64,000 bases of DNA from Thermoplasmatota archaeon (lineage in GTDB: Archaea > Thermoplasmatota > E2 > DHVEG-1), in the NCBI GenBank assembly GCA_030619765.1, contig JAUXAU010000004.1, forward strand, positions 5,717 through 69,716. The letters are read 5' to 3'. A program made the translations under genes and the position numbers. The stretch's first letter is position 1; each line of letters begins with the position of its first letter. The notes under the pieces were generated by a model. It was not told the DNA's origin, searched no databases, and worked only from the letters and a program-made list of their open reading frames with translations. Shown here in pieces: positions 1-9,819 of the stretch.

Positions 1-40
1 AAACGAACTTGGAGAAGAATTTCTTTTCAAAATTGAAAAG

Positions 41-472
41 ATGGGTGTAAACCTAAATAATATACAGGTAATATTATTGCGACAAGGACATGAGCTGTTA
101 GTTAAAAAAGCATTAGAAGCAATTATAAACATAATAGATGAGAGAACTTCTAAAGGCTTTGCAGTTGTCACTATAGATACTATTATAGAAGAACTCGAGA
201 ATAGACATGATGTTTTAAAATACATCAAGATAGATAAATCACGATACACAGAAGGGGCAGATGCTATCAGTATTATGCCAGAGGTAAATTCTGTTGAATC
301 ATACAAACTTGGAAAAGCAATTCGAGAAATCATTAAGATGACACATAAACACTTAGGAGATAAAACCTATAATTTCATTGAGGAGTTTAAAAACAAACTT
401 GGAGATAAATATCTTTCAGAGATTGAAAAAATCGGTGTAAACCTACATTTTTTAGAACTGAAATTTACTTAA
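41..472 (+). CDS. hypothetical protein with an internal repeat (KIEKxGVNL occurs twice)
   Basis: ORF track; the motif 'KLGDKYLSEIEKIGVNL' recurs as 'KIEKMGVNL'; no family recognised. Confidence 0.35.
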   Translation: MGVNLNNIQVILLRQGHELLVKKALEAIINIIDERTSKGFAVVTIDTIIEELENRHDVLKYIKIDKSRYTEGADAISIMPEVNSVESYKLGKAIREIIKMTHKHLGDKTYNFIEEFKNKLGDKYLSEIEKIGVNLHFLELKFT

Positions 473-716
473 ATAATTAGACATCAATAGATGAAAAGGT
501 CGACGGGCGTTTTTATCTATCAACTAGATTTTCGAAATTTTGCTTGCAAAAACAGTTTAATCATTTTAAGTTTTCAAAACATGTAATCTGTTGAATAGCG
601 AAAGATATAATAGTCGTGCTAACAATGGGAATCTCTCTAACTAAGAATCGGAGAAATAATGAGTTTGTTGATTTCTGATTCAATGGTATAGTAACATCTA
701 ATGTCTCCCAGTCGCT

Positions 717-1080
717 CTAAGAATCATGAGGGTCTTTAGCTTTTGCTCTAATTGTATAGGTTCCTTTTTCGTACCACGTATGACTGGCTGTTATTGCGAC
801 ATCTGAGGGGGATGGACCACTATATTCAATGGGAGAATCATCGCCCCATTCCACGATGTAAACGATTTCCAACATTTGTTAAAAATATGATTACTGGTCC
901 ACCTAGATTATGTACGATTTTGTTTGTAGTAACCTCCAACACTGACCCCATTGGAACTGGGCCTCTTACACAGGTTCTAGCATTTTTATTTTCTACAATA
1001 TTAGAACCCAAAGAGCCTGTGGTTGACAATACAAGTAGTATTACAATTACTCCCATTAAAAGATATTTTACCTTTCTCAT
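717..1080 (-). pseudogene. small secreted PKD-domain protein, interrupted by a frameshift
   Basis: Signal peptide (MRKVKYLLMGVIVILLVLS) in ORF 838..1080. The adjacent shifted frame 717..~875 encodes 'IVYIVEWGDDSPIEYSGPSPSDVAITASHTWYEKGTYTIRAKAKD', which is PKD-like (WGDG...SHTW..GTYT), as in ORFs 23787..25481 and 32066..33130. Confidence 0.45.
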
Positions 1081-1094
1081 TCTTTTACCCTTTT

Positions 1095-1265
1095 TTACAT
1101 AGAATCACTAGAATGAAATAGGGGTCCCACCACTATAGCCCCTTCCACCTTCGTTTACTCGGCAAGCTCTCAGCCTTTCGGGTTTCGGTCTTGCCGTCTC
1201 TCATTCGGCGGCTGCGATAGATAGTCGTTGCCGACGATCATATCGGTCTTCCGCATTTGTTTCAG
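1095..1265. ncRNA. GC-rich island, candidate structured RNA of unknown class
   Basis: About 170 nt that are markedly GC-richer than the flanks, with several hairpins (ggcaag..cttgcc; ggggtccc..gggacccc) and no ORF; I could not match it to 5S, SRP or RNase P consensus. Confidence 0.2.
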
Positions 1266-1590
1266 ACTACCCAGTATTCCCGGTCACAATTATAAAAATT
1301 TTTTGTAAAAAGATAGACACATTTGTTACATTATCACATTAATTTCGTTCTTATACTACAATATTAAGGGAAAGGAAAAGAAAGAATAACGTTTTAAACA
1401 TACGGTAGAGAGGTACATGAAAATTACAGGTAAAATTGGCTCGTGTAATTCTCCATAAAAAGATATTGTGGAAGAATGAAAAAAGTTTAAGCAAAAATAT
1501 AAGGGTTAAAGACTTGTTTTTTAGCTTGCAACTACTGTTTTTTCCCACGTGACTTAGCGATTGACATAAGAAAATTACAAGATAGAAATA

Positions 1591-3003
1591 TTAATTTATC
1601 ATAGCATTTTTAATGCATCCTGGATCAGGAGCTAAATAATTTCCTGTGTATCCATATGCCCGCGCTCGGCATCCTCCGCAGTAGTATCGGTAGTCACATT
1701 TACTGCAATTTCCTTCTAATATATCTTTATTTCTTAAATCCTTAAGGATAGGGTTATTTATCCATAAATCCTCAAAATCATCCTCTTTTATATTTTCTAC
1801 AGTAGGAGGAAAAAACACACATGGTTCAATATTGCCATTTGGTCGTATAGCACAGTAAAACCTTCCACATCCACAGCCACCAATAAACTCAGCAAGGTTT
1901 ACAAGTTTCTCAGAGAGAGATGGGTTTGCAAAATGAGTAGGAACTGTTTTTTCGTTTTTACCAACTTCTGCTTCTAATGCAACCCTGGCGAATTGTGGAG
2001 CGGTTGAAAGCACATTTACCTTTCCACCGCCTTTTAATTTCTGCCATAAATCATTAAGTACTTTCTCTCTCTCAGAAGGAGTTAGATCGTTTTTTGCAAT
2101 AAACTCTCCTCTCCCAGTTGGTACAAAGTTATAGAGCATAAACCAGTTAACACCAAATTCTTCACACAAATCTATAATCCTAGGAATTTCCTCGTAATTG
2201 TATTTAGTTGCAGTGGTAGCAATATTAACAAAAAAACCTTCATTCACACAGTTTTTAATTCCCTGTACAGTTTTTTCATATACTCCGTTTATGCCTCTAA
2301 AGCTATCATGGGTCTCTGCAGTTGCACCATCAAGACTGATCTGAGTAAACCGAATACCTGCTTCTTTCATTTCCCGTGCTTTTTCTTTTGTAATTAAAGT
2401 TGCATTAGTTGCAACAGCCACATATATTCCCTTATCATAGGCATATTTCGTTAATTTAAAAATATCTTTTCGTACTAACGGTTCTCCACCAGAAAACGCG
2501 ATAATGGATACTGAAGCACGGTCAAGTTTGTCAATAACCTGTTTAGCCTCCTCAGTTGTCAACTCATCTTCAAGAGATTTTCCTGCACTAGCATAACAAT
2601 GCTTGCATTTTAGATTGCAGGCATACGTGATATCCCAAACAACAAGAAATGGAGCACCAGAAATAAACGGTCGTTGTATGCCAAAATGTGCTATTCCAGT
2701 AAGTACGTTAGCAAGTCCTTTTCTCCAAGATGGATGTTTAAATTGATCTTTAAATACTTTTGAATCTACGCCAAATGCTTTACTGCCAGTTTTTAAAATG
2801 CCACGAATAGTTTTTTCAGCGAGTTTACATTTAAAGCACGCATCTTTTCTAACACCGGTATATAATTCCAAAGCAACTTCTATGCGGCTTTTACTACAGG
2901 TCTCACAATATCCAAATCCAGTTAGGAGTTTTCGAGTGATAGGATTGGCAATAGTTGATTTCAATATCTGGATGGTAGCTGTAGTTTTCAGATACCTCAC
3001 CAC
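1591..3003 (-). CDS. radical SAM protein with a C-terminal SPASM-like Cys-rich domain
   Basis: CNLKCKHC (CxxxCxxC) cluster; 'SGGEPL'; C-terminal 'GGCGCGRFYCAIRPNGNIEPC' and 'CSKCDYRYYCGGC'. Confidence 0.75.
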   Translation of the reverse strand: MVRYLKTTATIQILKSTIANPITRKLLTGFGYCETCSKSRIEVALELYTGVRKDACFKCKLAEKTIRGILKTGSKAFGVDSKVFKDQFKHPSWRKGLANVLTGIAHFGIQRPFISGAPFLVVWDITYACNLKCKHCYASAGKSLEDELTTEEAKQVIDKLDRASVSIIAFSGGEPLVRKDIFKLTKYAYDKGIYVAVATNATLITKEKAREMKEAGIRFTQISLDGATAETHDSFRGINGVYEKTVQGIKNCVNEGFFVNIATTATKYNYEEIPRIIDLCEEFGVNWFMLYNFVPTGRGEFIAKNDLTPSEREKVLNDLWQKLKGGGKVNVLSTAPQFARVALEAEVGKNEKTVPTHFANPSLSEKLVNLAEFIGGCGCGRFYCAIRPNGNIEPCVFFPPTVENIKEDDFEDLWINNPILKDLRNKDILEGNCSKCDYRYYCGGCRARAYGYTGNYLAPDPGCIKNAMIN

Positions 3004-3261
3004 AATTTGATTGGCGTAAATTAATTCAATCTATTTCTTTACAAGCCATAATTTCGAAATATTTAATTCTTTAAAAACATATCCAAATAAATTCTACTTT
3101 TCTTATTTATTAGACTATTATTAGACTAAACAATATGGATCTAGTCCAAATTGATTCCAACAACATAGGTTTAAATGGATTTTTGAGGACCGAGAAAAAT
3201 GACTATGTGAGAACTGCACAGGAAAATCAAAATCGAGGGAAATGAAAATCAACATAAAATT

Positions 3262-3392
3262 CCTTTTAGATGCTGGTATGGGCTTAGCCAGCAGTGCGAA
3301 CTCCAACAGGAGAAAATTTGTTGGGTCAAAGCCCGATTTTTGACCAACTTGAAAATTGGTTCGTACTCACTAAACTCTTTTTTTCTTTTTTT
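3262..3392 (+). repeat. copy A of a diverged ~130-bp direct repeat ending in an oligo-T tract
   Basis: About 75-80% identical to 7101..7231 (shared blocks ggcttagcc, caacttga.aat.ggttc.tactcactaa, and a T-run). Confidence 0.6.
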
Positions 3393-3669
3393 GCGCCAGA
3401 TATTTTCGATTTTGTTCGGCCCAATACTTTTCCATATCACAGAGTATCTGTTTTTTATTCACTGAAGGATCGTTTGGTTCATATGCGAAACAAAGGAACA
3501 TTTCTCCCTTTCGAATCTCTTCCATCTGATCCATACGATTAAGCAGACAAGGTACTTCTTCATTTGCATCATTATTTTTCAGACATGAACTACATAACGC
3601 GGGTAACGGAACGGTGAGGGGGTCGATTTCTTTTCCATCATCTGAAAAATATCCTTCTTTTAAACTCAT
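3370..3669 (-). CDS. hypothetical Cys-containing small protein
   Basis: ORF track; CSSC and scattered Cys residues; no family recognised. Confidence 0.3.
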   Translation of the reverse strand: MSLKEGYFSDDGKEIDPLTVPLPALCSSCLKNNDANEEVPCLLNRMDQMEEIRKGEMFLCFAYEPNDPSVNKKQILCDMEKYWAEQNRKYLAQKKKKRV

Positions 3670-3842
3670 GGCCTCCTCCTTTATGATTATGAAAAACTTC
3701 TTTTGAATATTTTATATTTGATATAGAATCACCATAATTTATCTTTACTGGTCGTTCGTAAAGTAAGACGATCTTCAAGACCGAACGCATTAAATTAAAT
3801 GTTAATAAAGATTAAAGCTTAACACATGTTTATCTTTTAAAG

Positions 3843-4346
3843 ATGAATCAAACAGAGGTAAAGATTGTTCGTAGTGCAAAAAGAAAAAAGACCATTCAAG
3901 CGAAAATGGTGAATGGTAAACTCTGGATCTATCTCCCTAGTGGTATGACAAAGGCGGAGGAACAAAAATGGATTGAACAAATGAGTAAAAAGTTTGATAA
4001 AAGGAAACGGAGCAAGAAACTAAATAATAATGAAACGGTACAGAAACGTGCTCAACAATTCAACAAACAATATTTTAATGGCGATTTAGATTTTGATATA
4101 AAGTATGTAACAAATCAAACATCAAAGTTTGGGAGTTGTACTCCTCAAACGAAGATGATACGGCTCTCTGATCGCATTGCTGATATGCCCCGATGGGTGC
4201 AAGATTATGTTATCATCCATGAGCTTGCTCATCTTATCCATCCAAATCATTCGAAGAAATTCTGGGAAAAAGTATATCAATATAAATACACGGAACGGGC
4301 AAAGGGATATCTCATCGCGGTTGGTATGGACTCAGATGAGGAGTAA
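3843..4346 (+). CDS. DUF45/YgjP-like metal-dependent hydrolase (HExxH)
   Basis: 'YVIIHELAHLIHPNHSKKFWEKV' zinc-hydrolase motif. Confidence 0.6.
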   Translation: MNQTEVKIVRSAKRKKTIQAKMVNGKLWIYLPSGMTKAEEQKWIEQMSKKFDKRKRSKKLNNNETVQKRAQQFNKQYFNGDLDFDIKYVTNQTSKFGSCTPQTKMIRLSDRIADMPRWVQDYVIIHELAHLIHPNHSKKFWEKVYQYKYTERAKGYLIAVGMDSDEE

Positions 4347-4382
4347 AAAATGTAAAGATTTAGTGTTAAGGAGCGTGTATGA

Positions 4383-4964
4383 ATGAAAAAAGATTTCAAA
4401 CAAGTATATCAGTTTAAAATTACTCTGAAAAATACCAAACCCTCCGTGTGGCGACGGATACAGGTTCCAGATACATATACGTTTTGGGATCTTCATGTCG
4501 CGATTCAAGACGCAATGGGCTGGGAAGATGCACATCTTCATGAGTTTAAAATACGACAATCAACTCTAAAGAGAAAGACAATATTTAGAATCCCTGATGA
4601 GGATTCTGGTTGGGATATTATAGAAATTCTTCCAGGATGGAAACACAAAATTGCTGACAATTTTTCTATAGATTTTAAAAAAGCAGAATATACTTATGAC
4701 TTTGGTGATGACTGGGAGCACATAATAACACTTGAAAAAATCTTACCTCGTGATAAAGGCGTAAGCTATCCTAGATGTATTCAAGGAAAACGGGCTTGTC
4801 CACCTGAAGACTGCGGTGGAATCTGGGGATATGAAGAGATATGCCAAGGTAAAAGTGAATTTCAGGATTATTACAAGGATTTTGATCCTAAATGTTTTGA
4901 AGCAAATAATGTTCATTTTGACAATCCTGAGAAACGTTGGAAAATAGCATTTGGGCAAAGGTAA
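4383..4964 (+). CDS. plasmid pRiA4b ORF-3-like family protein
   Basis: 'VWRRIQVPDTYTFWDLHVAIQDAMGWEDAHLHEF' matches the family signature. Confidence 0.6.
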   Translation: MKKDFKQVYQFKITLKNTKPSVWRRIQVPDTYTFWDLHVAIQDAMGWEDAHLHEFKIRQSTLKRKTIFRIPDEDSGWDIIEILPGWKHKIADNFSIDFKKAEYTYDFGDDWEHIITLEKILPRDKGVSYPRCIQGKRACPPEDCGGIWGYEEICQGKSEFQDYYKDFDPKCFEANNVHFDNPEKRWKIAFGQR

Positions 4965-5084
4965 CTATTTGTTTTTACTTACCAGATACTATATTGTGAT
5001 AAAAAGTTGGATTATTATATCCACAAAATATGAACAAAAAGTTTACAGATTGCAAACTTAGGATTGATGCATCTCGCTCAATAG

Positions 5085-5627
5085 CTACAAATCTTCTAGG
5101 AGTTTTTTTGCTTCTTCAAAATATTTCTCAATAGGCTGAGGTTCGAAATCAGTTACATCTACTGAAGCATTAATTCGCTTGCCCCACGTTGTTTTTTCAT
5201 GGATATGACCATGAACATTAACAAAACCATTTTCAACATTCTCTAAGGGCCTATGTGACAGAATAAGATTTCCGATGACGATTGTATTAGTATCTGAAAC
5301 AGCGATACCAGATTTTCTGAGACGAGAGATGTTATCATGATTTCCGGGAATTAAAATTATTTCACCCTTAAGTTGGTCTTTAATTATTTTAACCTGATAA
5401 AAGTTTCTTGCTAATGCAAAATCACCCAGATGATACACAATATCCCTCTTAGAAACAACACGATTCCATTTGTGAATCATATAGGCATTCATTTCTTCAG
5501 CAGATTCGAATGGTCGATTACAATATTTGATGATATTTTTATGATAAAAATGATGGTCACCGGTAATATATATCTGTTTTTTTCTAAAAATCAATCTTAA
5601 CTTCTCAAACATACTAATATTGTTCAC
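5085..5627 (-). CDS. calcineurin-like metallophosphoesterase
   Basis: 'YITGDHHFYH', 'GNHD', 'VHGHIH' motifs. Confidence 0.7.
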   Translation of the reverse strand: MNNISMFEKLRLIFRKKQIYITGDHHFYHKNIIKYCNRPFESAEEMNAYMIHKWNRVVSKRDIVYHLGDFALARNFYQVKIIKDQLKGEIILIPGNHDNISRLRKSGIAVSDTNTIVIGNLILSHRPLENVENGFVNVHGHIHEKTTWGKRINASVDVTDFEPQPIEKYFEEAKKLLEDL

Positions 5628-5643
5628 ATGAACGCCTCATCTA

Positions 5644-6447
5644 TTACGATATTAAATTTTCAAATAGATTTTTTATGGTTTCTGCATCGATATCCATCGC
5701 AATTTGTGCTTTTTGAAATACTTCTTTTTCTGATTTTAGCATCCCTTGTAATTTTGTTAAATCTTCAGGGTTTAAATGATTCCGTGATTCACTTTTTATC
5801 TTTTGGAATTTTTTTCCAGAATACCAACCTAATGCATAGATATCACAGATATCTTTTACGAGTTTTTCATCTCGTGTTCTATTTGGGACGCTTTTGATTT
5901 TGGTGGCGAGAAGTATTTCAGGTGTTGGTATCCAAAGGAGTTTATTGAATTCTCTCAGTTCTTTACGGTATTGTTTATCTTTAAAAACTGGTGTGAGTAA
6001 TTGTTCATCTGCCGGTGTAAATCCAAAGACCTCGTGAAAAGAAGGATGTATTTCATCCACTATGGGATCGACATACATGGCGAAGATGTTGTGTGTTGGT
6101 GTTCTTTTTGCTTCTTCAGGAGATAATTCTTTTCCGGTTTCGTAATGTATTTCTTTGTAATATCGAAATCCAAGGGGTTTGAATCCTTCTTTTCTTAGTA
6201 ATGACAATGATTTTGCTATTGTGGTGTTTTTAAGTTGTACTTTGTGAAGATTTTTGTTGATGTGAAATCCAAGATCTATATCTCTTGATCCAAGGTAATT
6301 TCTCCCTTGATCTTTATTGAAGTTATCGTTGGCTGTTAGATAGACTGCCCAGCCGCCGAGTATACAAATTGGTTCATATAGTATGTTAACTATTTGTTTT
6401 AGATATTTGTATGATGTTTTTGTTTCAAATTCACTATATAATGCCAT
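5644..6447 (-). CDS. AbiEii-like nucleotidyltransferase toxin (DUF1814)
   Basis: 'LGGWAVYL...GSRDIDLGF' motif; overlaps the upstream wHTH gene by 14 nt. Confidence 0.55.
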   Translation of the reverse strand: MALYSEFETKTSYKYLKQIVNILYEPICILGGWAVYLTANDNFNKDQGRNYLGSRDIDLGFHINKNLHKVQLKNTTIAKSLSLLRKEGFKPLGFRYYKEIHYETGKELSPEEAKRTPTHNIFAMYVDPIVDEIHPSFHEVFGFTPADEQLLTPVFKDKQYRKELREFNKLLWIPTPEILLATKIKSVPNRTRDEKLVKDICDIYALGWYSGKKFQKIKSESRNHLNPEDLTKLQGMLKSEKEVFQKAQIAMDIDAETIKNLFENLIS

Positions 6448-7030
6448 GATACTCTCTCTCCACCAGCATTTGTGCTGCTTCTATTGCTACTCCTTCTTCT
6501 CTTAACAAATCTAATATCAGTTGTGGTATGGATACTATTCTTAATCCCTCTTTTTTAATATTTGAGTAGAACACATGTTCGTCGTCTAGTAGAAGCCTCA
6601 TATTACCTTTTCCAACAAGTCCTTGTTTAGTGAGAAGTTTATGCCATGATTGAAAATCTTGTTCTTTTATGTAAATATCTACTCGTGAGGGGAATAAATA
6701 GTGTTGTGTCAGTGATTCAGCATGATAGGTTGTGAGGGCGTATTTTAGGTTTGTTTTTTTTAAGAGATCTATGGGATCTTGAATATTGTATTCTCTATAA
6801 AGTGGGTATTTGCTGATTTCTAGCCAGTATGAAAATATGCCTTGTGTATCTTTAACTTTTGTTTTTTCAACAAGGTTTTTTTGTTCTAATGTTCTAAGAA
6901 ATTTGATTACCCAGACATGAGAACAATCTGCTTCTTTTGCAATACGATATATCGATAATGATCCATCGGGATGTTTGAGTAATATTCTGAGTATTCTCTC
7001 ACGTTTTTTGCCTTTCATAATATGTAACAA
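6434..7030 (-). CDS. AbiEi-like antitoxin / wHTH transcriptional regulator
   Basis: N-terminal winged HTH 'ILRILLKHPDGSLSIYRIAKEADCSHVWVIKFLRTLEQKNLVEK'; operonic with the AbiEii-like gene. Confidence 0.5.
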   Translation of the reverse strand: MLHIMKGKKRERILRILLKHPDGSLSIYRIAKEADCSHVWVIKFLRTLEQKNLVEKTKVKDTQGIFSYWLEISKYPLYREYNIQDPIDLLKKTNLKYALTTYHAESLTQHYLFPSRVDIYIKEQDFQSWHKLLTKQGLVGKGNMRLLLDDEHVFYSNIKKEGLRIVSIPQLILDLLREEGVAIEAAQMLVEREYHGII

Positions 7031-7100
7031 TAAGAACTATTATTTAAACTTTACTTACATGTAACTAAAAATGATATTATATAAACATTACTTACATATT

Positions 7101-7231
7101 TCTCCTAGAAAGTATAGTAGGCTTAGCCGGATATGTAAAGTCCGACAGGAGGAAAAAAGTTGGGTTGAAAGCCGAATTTGGCTCAACTTGACAATCGGTT
7201 CTTACTCACTAATCCTCTTCTTTCTTTTTTT
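7101..7231 (+). repeat. copy B of the diverged ~130-bp direct repeat ending in an oligo-T tract
   Basis: Aligns to 3262..3392; lies between the AbiEi start and tRNA-Leu. Confidence 0.6.
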
Positions 7232-7313
7232 GTAAAGAGAAGATTCTATTAATTGTAGTTGCTGAAAATGAAACTCGATTTTTGTTAATAATATTCTTCA
7301 AATCTAGAAAAAG

Positions 7314-7398
7314 TGCAGGGGACGAGATTTGAACTCGCGGACCTCTACAGGACAAGGCCCTCAACCTTGCGCCGTTGACCAGGCTTGGCTACCCCTGC
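7314..7398 (-). tRNA. tRNA-Leu(GAG), class II with a long variable arm
   Basis: Manual fold: acceptor GCAGGGG/CCCCTGC, anticodon stem CAAGG/CCTTG with loop TTGAGGG (anticodon GAG), T-arm GCGAG-TTCAAAT-CTCGT, 85 nt. Confidence 0.85.
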
Positions 7399-7480
7399 AT
7401 AATGAGATAAAATATATGCCTTCCTTTACCGATTTCTTGCAGTAAATAATACTAACTTATTTATCTTTTCGGTTACCAGA

Positions 7481-8014
7481 TTATATGTCATTGAGATTCA
7501 TACCACATATATCGCTTAATTCATTATGCAATTTAATGAGACGTTCCGCAAGTTGTTTCAGTCCTTTTTTTAATGCCTTTTCTACTTCTTTTTCAATTGT
7601 CTGTTTTTTACCTTTATCTATTAGATTATCTGTATGCGCAACAATTTTTTCTTCCAACGTTTTGGGAATATAATCTCTATTGGGTAATCCTAATTTGACA
7701 GCTTCATCTTTAGGGATCCCCGCACCCAAATGTCTCTCGATAATCTGTACAATGCGTTCTGGCAAACCGATTTCTCTTGCAATTTTCGCTCCCTCAATTC
7801 CATGTTTTATTCCATGTGTTTTTGATCTCCCAATATCATGAATGAGAGCACCTGCTTCAACCAGCTCAATATTTGCGTTGGTCTTCCCTGCTATTCGTAC
7901 CGCTAAATCTCTTACCACTTTGCAATGATTGATTACCTCTTCAGAACAGCCATTTTCTCTCAATAATTCAATGCATCTACTGGGGCTTGGAATGTGGGAC
8001 ATGTATTCAATCAC
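7481..8014 (-). CDS. HD-domain phosphohydrolase
   Basis: 'HDIGRSKTHG', 'HTDNLID' motifs. Confidence 0.75.
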   Translation of the reverse strand: MIEYMSHIPSPSRCIELLRENGCSEEVINHCKVVRDLAVRIAGKTNANIELVEAGALIHDIGRSKTHGIKHGIEGAKIAREIGLPERIVQIIERHLGAGIPKDEAVKLGLPNRDYIPKTLEEKIVAHTDNLIDKGKKQTIEKEVEKALKKGLKQLAERLIKLHNELSDICGMNLNDI

Positions 8015-8528
8015 TCTTCTCTTTTTTAGATAAAACCTTTTTTCTTTTATTTGAGGGAATAATTTCTATTTTTCCGTTGAATTGTTCTGTTAGCCATTTT
8101 CCATTTAAATATCTATCAAGAAAAATTGCTAACGCTGCGACTTCTGAATGGGGTTGATTCCCTACCGAAATATTAAAATCGGCGTTCTCATAAAAATATG
8201 GTGGAACTTTTTCAGCTCCTACAATAATAAGAAGATCATCATTTTTATCAATTTTTGATATAGATTTTTTTAGATTGTCTCCATACATTGTGAGATGAAT
8301 TATGGTACCATTCCATTGTTTGATTATTTTTTTAGGATCTGCTCCAGTTTCTATTTGAAAATTTCCGCCGAATTTTTTACATATGGAAGTAATATTTTCT
8401 TTAATCTTTTCGTCTTTTGTAGTAATAATAATTTTATCTGCACCAAAGGCTCTAGCCACCAATGCAACATGAGTTGTTATTCGCTTGTCACGATTTATTC
8501 TATGCCCAATTCTTAAAACAGTAATCAA
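8007..8528 (-). CDS. trm56: tRNA (cytidine56-2'-O)-methyltransferase aTrm56 (SPOUT)
   Basis: N-terminus 'MITVLRIGHRINRDKRITTHVALVARAFGADKIII' is typical of archaeal aTrm56. Confidence 0.6.
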   Translation of the reverse strand: MITVLRIGHRINRDKRITTHVALVARAFGADKIIITTKDEKIKENITSICKKFGGNFQIETGADPKKIIKQWNGTIIHLTMYGDNLKKSISKIDKNDDLLIIVGAEKVPPYFYENADFNISVGNQPHSEVAALAIFLDRYLNGKWLTEQFNGKIEIIPSNKRKKVLSKKEKSD

Positions 8529-8597
8529 CGAAACTACCTTCCTTAAATTAGTAAAATATAAAGAATATTAAAAGACTCCTCTGTGTTAAACATAATT

Positions 8598-8984
8598 TTA
8601 TTGTTTTTTCTTTGAAAGCAATCTGTCTACCCTTTTATCTACATCCCGGGACTCGTAAGTTTTTTCAGTATAGTCTATCTTTTTTTTGCCAATATCATCT
8701 ACATTTTTTTCAATTGTATGCGCGCTCTCCCAACTTTTCTGTTTCCATGGTTTTTCATCTGTTTTGGGAGGTGTCGTGCTTTTTTTAGGAGCATCTCCGT
8801 TAGAGTAAAGTGTTTCATGATAATCTGTAACGGGTAATTCTTCAGTTTCGTCAATTGTTTCAGGTTCTGGTTGTAAAACTTCTTTGCTTTCTTGAGCCGT
8901 TATTTCCATTTTCTTGCTGTTCTCCTCTTTCTTTGATTTGGATTTGCCAAACAACTTCCATCTTGCCAAATATGATTCCCCCAT
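8598..8984 (-). CDS. hypothetical Lys/Glu-rich protein
   Basis: ORF track only. Confidence 0.3.
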   Translation of the reverse strand: MGESYLARWKLFGKSKSKKEENSKKMEITAQESKEVLQPEPETIDETEELPVTDYHETLYSNGDAPKKSTTPPKTDEKPWKQKSWESAHTIEKNVDDIGKKKIDYTEKTYESRDVDKRVDRLLSKKKQ

Positions 8985-9123
8985 TATTTGTTTCGTCTAA
9001 ATGGTTAACATAACATTGGTTGATAAATTTTTTCTTTATAAAAATCAGGTAATGTTTTCAAGTTTTTACGAAAAGCATTTATTCGATACTTATAATTCAA
9101 AAATTCAATTATCAGATATTTAT

Positions 9124-9197
9124 GGGCTTATGGTCTAGTGGTTATGACGTCGCCTTCACACGGCGGAGGTCGCCGGTTCAAATCCGGCTAAGCCCAT
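9124..9197 (+). tRNA. tRNA-Val(CAC)
   Basis: Manual fold: acceptor GGGCTTA/TAAGCCC, anticodon loop TTCACAC (CAC), T-arm GCCGG-TTCAAAT-CCGGC, 74 nt. Confidence 0.85.
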
Positions 9198-9402
9198 GCT
9201 ATTTATTAACATGATTATTTAATGGAAGAATAACACCACTTTTCGCCGGTAAAAACGAGTTCAAATCTTGTCTCTTGTATACATACTAATTTTAACATGA
9301 GAAAAACATAGTTATTGTGAAAAGAGATTTAAACTCCAATTTACTGATAAAAATAGAAAAATACCCTTTTACGCACATTCAAATACCAGTTTTTGAAATT
9401 CC

Positions 9403-9819
9403 TTAAATTCCGCAATTATAACATTTTCTATTATGGACACAAAGTACTCCGCCACATTTTGGGCATTTCCATCTTTCCACTTCATTTTCAATGAATTTAC
9501 TAATGCCGTTTTTTTCGATATATTTTAAATTTTCAATCATGCTCATTTCATACTTTGTTATGTACCTTTTATCCAATTTCTTAAGATTTTCGCAGGGAAA
9601 ATCCTCGCATTCAAAACAATATTTGATTTCTTCATTAGATAACTTTTTACAGTCCTTCTTTAGGAAAGCGCATTGTTTATCCCCTAGCCTACAACCTATA
9701 CAAGGGTTTTTTCTCTTTTTACCACCCATCGTATAACCTAAATACCCGATACATATTCTGCAATTCATTCCGCAAGGAGCAATAAGCTCTTGTTTGAAGG
9801 GCTTACTCATTTTTCCCAC
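9403..9819 (-). CDS. Cys-rich DUF3795-like protein with a C-terminal zinc ribbon
   Basis: 'CGMNCRICIGY...CIGCRLG...CFECEDFPCENL...CPKCGG..CYNCG'; start overlaps the upstream gene's stop (ATGA). Confidence 0.45.
   Translation of the reverse strand: MGKMSKPFKQELIAPCGMNCRICIGYLGYTMGGKKRKNPCIGCRLGDKQCAFLKKDCKKLSNEEIKYCFECEDFPCENLKKLDKRYITKYEMSMIENLKYIEKNGISKFIENEVERWKCPKCGGVLCVHNRKCYNCGI

Noticed and set aside
752-1102. Plus-strand 116-aa ORF
   Set aside because: It is antisense to the better-supported PKD/signal-peptide ORF and has low-complexity composition.
1351-1548. 65-aa ORF in an AT-rich spacer
   Set aside because: Low-complexity sequence with no RBS context; likely spurious.
3121-3542. 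Overlapping short ORFs on both strands (3121..3306, 3249..3440, 3294..3542)
   Set aside because: They lie within the intergenic repeat copy A and are mutually overlapping; the conserved non-coding repeat explains the region better.
7101-7231. Repeat B as part of a tRNA-Leu att site
   Set aside because: The repeat does not overlap the tRNA, which is intact and about 85 nt away. The two copies are only ~75-80% identical, so recent tRNA-targeted integration is not supported. It is kept as a finding with alternative explanations.
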